DNA from: Bigelowiella natans CCMP2755
Lineage: Eukaryota > Protista > Cercozoa
Length of the DNA stretch: 64,000 nt
NCBI GenBank assembly: GCA_000320545.1
Contig: ADNK01000104.1
Coordinates: forward strand, 14,698-78,697
Direction of reading: 5' to 3'
Positions 55,185 through 64,000 of the stretch are shown here, one piece after another (the first letter of the stretch is position 1; each line of letters opens with the position of its first letter). Position numbers and translations under genes: made by a program. The notes under the pieces were generated by a model that saw nothing but the letters and a program-made list of their open reading frames with translations, ran no database searches and was not told where the DNA came from.

Positions 55185-56714
55185 GGAGTGAGGAATAGTA
55201 ATAGGAGGGCTGAGGGAGCAGCAGCGGCAACAGCAGTAGAAAGTCATTCGCTGATTCGTTACACTAAACAACTATATATTACGTGTGGGATGGAGCGGAT
55301 CTGGTTGCAGGCCTTAAGATTCATATATAGGTCTGACAAGGCGCGTATAATGCAGTACCTAGAAGAGAAGGGAAAAACACAGGGATGTATTGATGCTCTT
55401 GCGGCTCCCGCTTAGCATCCCCCCCCCCCCCCCTTCTCGCTGTCTTCATTCTCATTACAAGGCAATATTTCCCCTGCGACTTGGGTTATCAAGCAGAACT
55501 GCAATCCCTAAAAACAAGGAGAAAACAGAGAGAAATCAGTGGGAACAACGAAAAAATGGCGAAAGAGTTAGCCCCCCCCGTCACAAATAGCGATCTTCCG
55601 AGGTTGGGGTAAGGAAAAGGGCGCATGGATATAAATGGTATTGGCACCCGACACGAATCCTGCGATGGCGTGAAATTTGGGGTCGTTTCGCTTGGTGAGA
55701 CGTCGCAATGTGCACAGAACCGCCTTAAACAGAAACGACATCACGCCGATGAACTGGCCAAAACGAAGCGAGTCCTGATAACGATTATTGAACGTAGCAG
55801 CAGCACCAAGTTTACAAACCACACCGATTCGGATTGATTTATTAAGCTTTATTTGTTTGGTCATCCCACATGTTCTTTTCATCACTACCTGGCTCCAAAA
55901 TATATCTGCAAGAGTCCTTCCTTTCCGCCCCAGCTTTCCTGACAGCGCGGCCTACAGATTGGAATGCAATAACGTGCACCAGGGAGTAAACATGCCGAGC
56001 GATTCGGAACAAGATGAACATCCCTCATTAAACTCAAATGAAGTGAGGATAGGGGGAAGGGAAGGGGGTGGTGGAAACTGCTTCGATCCTTTGAAGTAAG
56101 ATTTACCGATAAAAAGTTCAGCATGGCTTTGAAGATGAACCCTGCAGCGAAGCTGCGAAATAGCCTGAACATAGCGATATTCGTATTTTCAGAGCTTGTA
56201 TGTAGGAAGAGGGCGGAGGAGAAATGTCGCTAACCCTTTGTAGAAAGCGTTCTGAGCACAGCTGTACTTGTGCGGGCAGACTTTGCACGTGTTCGGCACA
56301 ATGTTAAGGGTTACCTGTTGTTTTGGTCACACATATGTGAAAATTATATCAACAAGCACAAAGTAGGCGCTCAAGTGTGGGTATGTGACACAGGCGCCAC
56401 GGAAGCCGACAGTTTCGGCAGGTCTTTCCCAGCCATCACATCCCCAATGAAGTATTATTCCCTTCACTTGCATGGCATAAGGAAGGGGCGTTTTTCTTCT
56501 CTACCAGGCTCCGAGCGGAGTCTCTGAACTGTTTGAGCTGTCGACCCAAATCGTTCTTCCAATTATCCTTCATCTCGGCTCGTAGCCTGTTCAGTGCCAT
56601 GGGGAACGTTCTATTTCGGTGAATTTTTCCGCTCCTCTGGGAGCTGGACCCTGTGCCAGCATCCTTGCCTTTGCCCTCACCCATCACAAGTCCGGCCTGT
56701 TCTCGTGAGACCAT
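52410..56714 (-). CDS. TMEM135: TMEM135/PMP52-family membrane protein
   Basis: CPHKYSCAQNAFYKGLFRSFAAG; DSLRFGQFIGVMSFLFKAVLCTLRRL; AIAGFVSG|IAVLLDNPSRRGNIALY; RIYLPVHVLPTL; RSALFLTSY; LSLLVEHPRRRSELTLYVLPRALE. The start codon is uncertain (56684 or 56714). Confidence 0.85.
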
Positions 56715-57304
56715 CACTGCAACTCTTTTCTTGGGCTACCCGGGAACAATTATTCCTAGCTTTGACAATCAATCAAATACCCTTGCCAGGTGGGGGGAGC
56801 AGTGCATCGTTTGGCGAGTTCATTGTGTTGCCATTGGGTTTTATCCAACGACATCAATTCATTGGGTAAAACGGGGAAAATACCCTTCGAATTTTGAATT
56901 TTCCGGTATTCAGCCCATACATGCAAGAGAAGAGGCAACTCTACATCTGAAATCCACAGCACCTGGAGCTTTCTTCCGACCGTACCTGGGAAATTACCCT
57001 ATGTGCACCCAAAGGACGGGAAAAACCCTGTATTCGGCAGCATTCCTAGAGAACGACAACCACGCTTCGCGCCATTTTCAAGAGTGCATTTCCCGAGTCC
57101 CCGCGAAAGGGTATCGTTCGAGAAAGTCAGAATATAAGTATTATTTATCTCTCCTGGCAAAGGAGAAGATTCTCGAAATACGCCCATCCTCTTTCTGTCG
57201 CACAAAGGTAAGTGAGGATATCTTCCAAATTATATTCATGTGCATGCGCAAATGTAGATTGATTGAATCTCTTGCAGAAGCCAATGCAAAAAGTTGCAGA
57301 ATTT

Positions 57305-59773
57305 ATGTCGAGGGAGGTCTGGAGGGACACGAAGAGCGCCGCTCATGGAGCACCGTGGACTCCTAAGGTAATTCACTACAACCTACGTGCAGAATTTGCA
57401 GTAAATTTGTGATTGTGCGAGCGTGAACAATGATAGATATGTATGTGGCGCTGATCAGGCAACGAGAGGGGTGAGCAGGGCCCAGAGCAGCACACAGAAG
57501 TCTGCTGCTCCTTGCCAATTTGTATCATGGGGGAAAAGAAAACGAAAAAAGAGGAAGTTGCTCCGACCCAAAGCCTTCAGATCCGCTTCTCATTCCCAGT
57601 CACCAGAATTTCTTTTGGAAACCATGAAGAAGGACAACATTCCCGCCTGCCTCCTCGTCTATCGCTACCCATTTCTGAGGCACAAAAACTTGCGCAAAAG
57701 GGGAATTGTGGATGGAGAGATTGAAAACAGGACTTCTGAAATAGGATCCAGTAGCACAGAGCTGAACGGAAGGGCAGCGGATGGTGACAAGGGTCGGAAC
57801 GTCAAGTTCGCGGCGTTCGAACGCCACAGCAAAAAATTTGGCTCCAAAATGCTTGCGAAATGGGGTTTTAAAGGAAAGCTAGGCATCAATGGGAGAGGCC
57901 TTATGAATCCAATCGAGCTTCAATCAAAAGGAGCTCTTCTTAAGCAAAGAGGCCCGAACGTTAGAGGTACACATAAGAGGAAACGACATGATCCCGAAAT
58001 GATGAAGCGCCAGCGACAGCAGGAGCAAGCCCGTCAACTCCAAAAGGAGAACGTCCCGGAATTCTCTGAGCTTTTTCCAACCAAGGTATTTAGTTTTCTA
58101 CTTGTAATGCCTTTTGTTTTTATGATGTTGGATGATTTATTGCCAAATGAACGAAAAAAAAATGCACGCAACTTTCAGCATGACCCTGGTTTACTCATGG
58201 TTACCCAAAAATATCGTGAAATAGAAATATTCGCTGAACCGCTACCGGGCCTTGATCTTCCATGTGAGCGCTCTTGATGAGAGTATACACGATCTCAACT
58301 ACGACGCTTGGCTCTTGGCTCTGCAGGAATATCTGGGGATTACCGATATTCGTCAGAAACTGCCGAACTCTCCCCCATCACCATTTCTCACGGATCAAAC
58401 TATTTTCTCATACCTTATCAAGGTACGGAAAGTTTTCGTATGCGCAAACTTTTGTGAGGAAACGGGGATATTCTGATGCATGGCTATTTTCTGGGAAACA
58501 CGACTCTTTCAGTGCCTTCATATTACCACCAAAAATCTGGTGGTAGCAGTGGTGGTGATATTGATGATTTCGGTGAAAGAAACGACGATGGTGGTGATGA
58601 TGATGGTGATGGTATGGCAGGAGTTGCGTGACAGTGGAGTGGAGGTGAGTCGCGCATTGGCCTCGAAGAACCTCCTGGCCAAGAATAAAGACAACATATA
58701 TCTCTCGTTGCAGCGACGAAAGAGGGCTGGCAATAGTGCCGGCAAAGGCGAAAGCATCGATCGCAAGCTGCACGATCTAATAGTCAAACTCCGTTGGAAG
58801 ATGGGGTAATAATAATAACGTAGGAAAGTGAGAGTATACCGTCAGGGGAGTTGAGACAACTTATCACAGAATTGGTTTTGGTACATCATCTACTTGTTCA
58901 AGTCAGCTCTCTCTCACTCTCTCTCTCTCTCCCCCTCTCTCACACACACACACACACACACGCACACAGATATAAGGTGGGAGTGATGCATCCCGGCTCT
59001 CAAAGCCAAGCCCGCAATGACTTAGAAAGTAAGGCGAAGAAGGGGCAGTGGTGGTGGGCAGACAGGCGAAAACAGACAGACGATGATCACGATGATCACT
59101 TATGAAGATCTTCGTTTTATTGTGTCAACGTTTCGGGGGGGGGGGTGGGGGGGGATTGGGTTAGCCGAGAGAATAACAATTGTAGCTATGATATGCAATC
59201 GTAGTGTCTGTGCCATCCTGATCCGCTGCTGTCGTTGTCCTTCTCCAGGGCTAGGATTAACGACCCTAGTGAACAACTACGTCAATGCTTCGTCGGCACT
59301 AGGTTTGATTCATGCTGTCCGACTGTTGTTGCCCCCTGCCGTCCACTCATCCTTGCGACCCAATCCCTGATTGATTCTTGAGAATCGACTACTTCCTGAG
59401 CAAGCATCGATGAAGAGCTCTTCATGCTCTTGACTTAACCATTGCCGTGCCGAAAAAATGAGATAAAACGAGAGGGAGAGAGGGAGAGAGAGAGAGAAGA
59501 TTGTTAACAATCCACGTCTTTTGTCCGCCTATCGGTCGCCTTACGCCGCTACTACTTTTTATTTTGACGCAAATGTGTGTGCTCACAAACGATTCTATAC
59601 TCTGTCTTTCAGCATCAACGCCGCCGTACCGCAGCATGTACGACGAGATTCTTGCTCGTATGCAAGTTTCCTCCCGACATGCGCTCGCCATTGGTAGTGA
59701 GTACACTGATAATATTTCTACACGAAACGGCATACAACGGAAATATTAGACCCAACATGAGGAGTGTGCACGC

Positions 59774-59843
<70 letters not shown>

Positions 59844-60508
59844 GAAGTTGTACGCCCATACACATTTTGAGACATATTTGTGTATGTGTGTGTGTGTATG
59901 TGTGTGTATGTATGTGTGTGTGTGTGTGTGTGTGTGCTATATTCTTTCTTCCACTCGCAGCTTCCGATCCGCATGAAGTAATTGGCTCTCACGCTGCGAA
60001 GATCGCCTGTATTTCTCTCGAGAATTCCGACGCCCCGCTTCTTCCCGGCTTGAAAGATGCACAGAAAATCAAATATCTGGCTGCGCCGTTTGCTTCCTTC
60101 CACGGCTCCCCGAAAGATGGGCAACGTTTCATGAGTTATTTGGAACGTTACCAAAGCCGCGCTTTGCCGCATGACGAGAAAGGTTTCGAGCGACTGCAAA
60201 GACGACTCTCGGGCAGGGTAGGTGATCCTACGTAAAAATATGTTCATATTATACATATGCTTTACATGTAAGCATATCGCAGGAGTCTATTCGTGTGTTG
60301 AAGGTTGCTGATTATGGTCACTCGTTAGGGAAAGGCTGGGGCCCTGCCATGTTTAGCTATGGATTCGCGAGATGGAAGGCTTTATGATGCTCAAGCATTA
60401 AAGCTGGAAGGAGGTGATGAAGGGGACCAGTGTCGAGTCACATGTAATCGATATGGAAACACAGAGATTCTCCCCCTGGCGCGTGTGCTATTCTTAGACA
60501 CAACGTAA
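57305..60508 (+). CDS. G-patch protein with C-terminal Tudor-like domain, probably RNA processing
   Basis: G-patch FAAFERHSKKFGSKMLAKWGFKGKLGINGRGLMNPIE. The last exon CLAMDSRDGRLYDAQ...CRVTCNRYGNTEILPLARV resembles the SMN/SPF30 Tudor domain. Internal exons were joined by eye. Confidence 0.7.
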
Positions 60509-61006
60509 ACTAACCAGACGAGTGGCATAGCATTATGTATCAGGAATGTATGGTGCACGCAGTCAAATATTTTCACTATTAAACCGTGGCGAATATAAAA
60601 GCATAGCAAATGATTAATGAACGCAGATCGGTAACGTGTACGAGATGCCACACGTATATATCATCATCACAAAGTCACTACAAACGCAACATTCACGAAG
60701 TACGTACATATGTGTGTTGTTGTCAAGCAATGTTGTCTCGCTGCATCATTGACACCATGTAACGTGTGTTTTGCTAAACGGTAGGTGTGTTAGTGCAGCG
60801 CGACACGAATGCGTGCATGTGATGCTATGTAAGAAGATGAGTTGTAATTTATGTGTAACTTGTTTATGCATGCGCACTACTTGCGGTTCATCCGCGTACT
60901 TCTTCTTCTAAAGGCGAGCTGCATGGCTATGTATCGTTGCACAAACTTGTATGCCTCGTTGCATGCAGCGCGACATGCTTGTGCACTGCAAATGGAGACA
61001 CACACA

Positions 61007-61064
<58 letters not shown>

Positions 61065-61190
61065 TCGGTACATAAATGCATCCCGCTACGATGCGCGGCG
61101 ATATGCATTAGATATATGCGTGGTTTTCACTACTTCTGACCCCTTCAATGATAACACTGGTGTTTGTTGACGTTTAAAAATTCAACACAA

Positions 61191-62180
61191 TTATTGGGTG
61201 AGTATGACTACACTTGAACTGAGGATTCCCATATTGGGAGGCGCAGAATTACTCCGTCTGTGCTTGTCCCTCATTCGGGACTTGCAACATCTTTGGAAAA
61301 AAGTGGACCGCCTTCGACTCGATTTATGGTTGTTCTTTGAAGATGAGGAAGAGTAAATGCTGCCGTCTTCATGATTTCTATCACCTCGTATTTTGACACT
61401 CCCCCTCCTCAGTTTTCTTGCCATTTTCTTAGATTTCTTCGTTTCCTTCAGCTTGGCTTTGAGGATAGAACGCGTGCGGACGTTTATCTTATACCGTGCT
61501 TTCAGGTGCTGGATACCTGTAGGAACGGACTTTACCCTCCTATATGACGAACACACCATAGAAATACAGATTATATGTTGCTCTCAACATGTCTCCATCG
61601 AACGACCCGCAGTTCTCACCCCCCAGCCCCAGCCCCCCCCGAAGTAAAGAGGATGACTGAAGAAAAATTTTAATCGTTCATATTTTGCCGACAATCTGAC
61701 CTGTGGCGTTCGGTGGTTCTACTATCGGTCGAGAGCATCATTCTCTTGTGTCGCGGGGACATTGGAATATGAGGCAGGAAAACATCGCTATCATTCTCTT
61801 CTTCACACGTATCAGAATTAATTTTGATGGACAGTTTTGCATTCCCCCCCTCGAATGGCGTCGCCTTCCTTTCGCTGGAGGACCCACATATTCGAGAACC
61901 CCGCTTCGGAGGAGATTTTCTCGGATCCTTAATCTCACGAAACTCCCTCGCCGATGTGGTACTAGTTAAGACCTTCTTGGCACGAGAAGACATAAAGCTC
62001 TTCGAGTTGAGGCGAAGGGGGACACTTCGTGCGCGTGTAGAAGAGGAGGAGAAGGAGGAGTAGGAGGAGAAGGGTGAACGGATGTAATCGAGTTGCTCGC
62101 TGCTGACACCAAGTATAATGTCTGCCATTGTACCAACCTTCTCACTCTCCATGATAAACCATGCGGTGTTGTTCTCCTAT
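61191..62180 (-). CDS. Hypothetical Ser/Arg/Lys-rich protein; at least 2 exons, 5' end unresolved
   Basis: ORFs 61670-62152 and 61191-61559 join in frame across a GT-AG intron (...TERHR|RVKSVPTG...). Confidence 0.45.
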
Positions 62181-62722
62181 CCTTTTTAGTAACTGGGGGA
62201 CCCGAGATATCCTTCGGCGCGCCTGTGCCACGATGTGAATCCTTCTAGGATAAGCCGGGCGCTCAACACAGACTGATGGCTAGGAACCTTTTCACCTATT
62301 GTCAGGACATGCTTCGATGCAGAAGACTAAAATTCTCTCACGGCGGGGGGCTTTTCAGGCATGTTCCGCTTCGACTACCTCGTGCTCTGCACCACGTCAC
62401 AGTTCGTAGAAGCAGTTACTGCTTCAATTCACGAGAAGGAATAGATGAAATATCATCTCTACGACAACACCAATTTCAAGTCGCACACACGAAATGCTGA
62501 CTCCCTGTGACAGCTTGGGTCTCCTTTAAATAGATTTTTCTGACATCATTTTTATTAGCTTGAATCGGTCATGATTCCAGACCTGCGACAACCTTTTTCT
62601 TGAGTTTTCTTGTGAACGTGTGCAAGACATTTTTCAGCAGCAAGGACGCCAAACCACCCAGGTGGGACGCACGTGCGCGCATTCGTTCGGGGCTGAGCAA
62701 ACCTCTTCGCTTTGTGGGAACG

Positions 62723-62875
62723 ATGTCAATGGAGATTTTCGTCAAATTTCTAATGAACAAGACCCTCGTTCTCGATGTCGAAAGCCCCGACTTGGTCTTG
62801 CTAGCTTGACCATTGAAAGGATGATCGAGGACAGAGATTGTTCCCCTTGCCAGCTCAATCAGCAGAGGTTCACTT
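62723..62875 (+). pseudogene. Degenerate ubiquitin-like sequence
   Basis: MEIFVKFLMNKTLVLDVESPDLV, a frameshift, then IERMIEDRDCSPCQLNQQRF; compare ubiquitin [23 protein letters not shown]...IQDKEGIPPDQQRL. Confidence 0.65.
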
Positions 62876-63559
62876 GTTTTTGTTGTTCTTCTTCTGGATC
62901 TCATCTGAAGTCTCAAGTAGTTGAGGTCGTATCTTCATTCATTCATTCATCTTGTGGTGACTCCCAATCGTAGCTAGCTAGCTAGCCCTCGGTTGCACTC
63001 TGTGCATCAATTGGGCCATGACAGAGGCACACAGTGCGACTGGACGAGAGCAGACGCGTGTGACGGTGCATGAATTTTCGCAAGAAGTGAAAGGACCTGC
63101 AATGATGCGGAGTGCGCACGTTTCACTTTTTGTTCGTTTGACAGTGAACAGCAACAAGTCAATGATGCATTGGGAATTCATTGTGAACAATTTCTTCGTT
63201 CAGGTTGTTCTGGTGTGCTCAGTGCTCAGAATGTTTGCAATTGCACTGTATGCTGCTAAATGTGCGCGAAGCGCTCGGTACGTGAGCATAGGTGTAAGTA
63301 CAAGTGGTCAGGGTGTGGGGTTCACAGAGATGATGACGATTGATGCGCACAAATGTGCACTACTTCCACCTCACAAGACAAGCGACGATTGCACATGCAG
63401 TCAAGTTACCAGCATTTCTTTATTGATCGAACCTTCACATCCAAATCAGCACAGTGTCAGTTTTTTACAGTCATATGCGCATCACTTAGAAATGTGCAAC
63501 CGACGTGGCTAGGTGGCATGAGTGCATAGACGGGCGCGCCATGCAGCACATACCTATTC

Positions 63560-63960
63560 AAGTATTCTCTGCATTCATCATGTTATATTTCACAACGATC
63601 TTGGCAGTAAGGTCCATACTAGATATATCTATTGTCATTCCCCAGCATGGTTGTTACTTCGTGCTCGAAGCCACCACGCAAGAATGCGATCACTACGCTC
63701 TATCTTATCATAGAGATAAAGCATCGTCGAATTGCTGCTGCTACTACTCCTACTATTACTACTGCCTTGTTGTTTTGCCTCATACTTTGCGGCTGTTGGG
63801 CGAGGAAATACGAGCGAAACCCTAGAGAGGGGATCCTCATGGTTCCCACGTCCTGCCTGCTGGGAAATAATAGGAAATAATAGTCAATCATCGGTGTGTA
63901 CATTGAAATGCTAGAAAAAGTCGCGAAAATGCACTTCGTCGTAAGCAGCGGCGACACCAG
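63560..63960 (-). CDS. Possible 3' exons of a gene continuing beyond the window
   Basis: Exon-like segments AGRGNHEDPLSRVSLVFPRPTAA and MDLTAKIVVKYNMMNAENT* have GT-AG borders; no family recognised. Confidence 0.25.
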
Positions 63961-64000
63961 TTAGATACAAGAGATTTTGATTTCTCTCTCTCTCTCTCTC

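Noticed and set aside
56653-57366. 237-aa plus-strand ORF
   Set aside because: Spans the divergent promoter between TMEM135 and the G-patch gene, starts at GTG and has no motif.
62100-62300. Kinase-like segment AWFIMESEKVGTMADII
   Set aside because: No G-loop, VAIK, HRD or DFG found nearby; too weak to call.

Overview
This is eukaryotic nuclear DNA from an intron-rich, microsatellite-laden protist. A signal-like leader ending in LRGG is suggestive of a chlorarachniophyte/rhizarian-type alga, but that is a low-confidence inference. I reconstructed about 15 spliced genes by hand from GT-AG exons: a CDKN3-type phosphatase, a LYR protein head-to-head with mitochondrial uL24, a TPR + 2OG-Fe(II) oxygenase, RFC1, a Crinkler/RHS-type NTPase-REase, a pepsin-family protease, an ABCG transporter, a GT8-like protein, a xylitol-dehydrogenase-like SDR, TMEM135, a G-patch/Tudor protein and several hypothetical proteins. 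The window also holds a decayed virus-like SF1 helicase-HNH fragment, WD40 and ubiquitin pseudogenes, and small repeat elements. The strongest unexplained signal is in the intergenic repeat/pseudogene islands, which have lost almost all TpA while keeping CpG. The surviving TpA sites are mostly CTAG or have C before or G after. Paired repeat copies differ by TA->TG or TA->CA. This points to a TpA-targeted A-to-G hypermutation process with polarity opposite to fungal RIP. The second highlight is an RFC1 clamp-loader subunit carrying a UIM and a WWE (PAR-binding) domain. Exon boundaries and dinucleotide counts were done by eye and are approximate.
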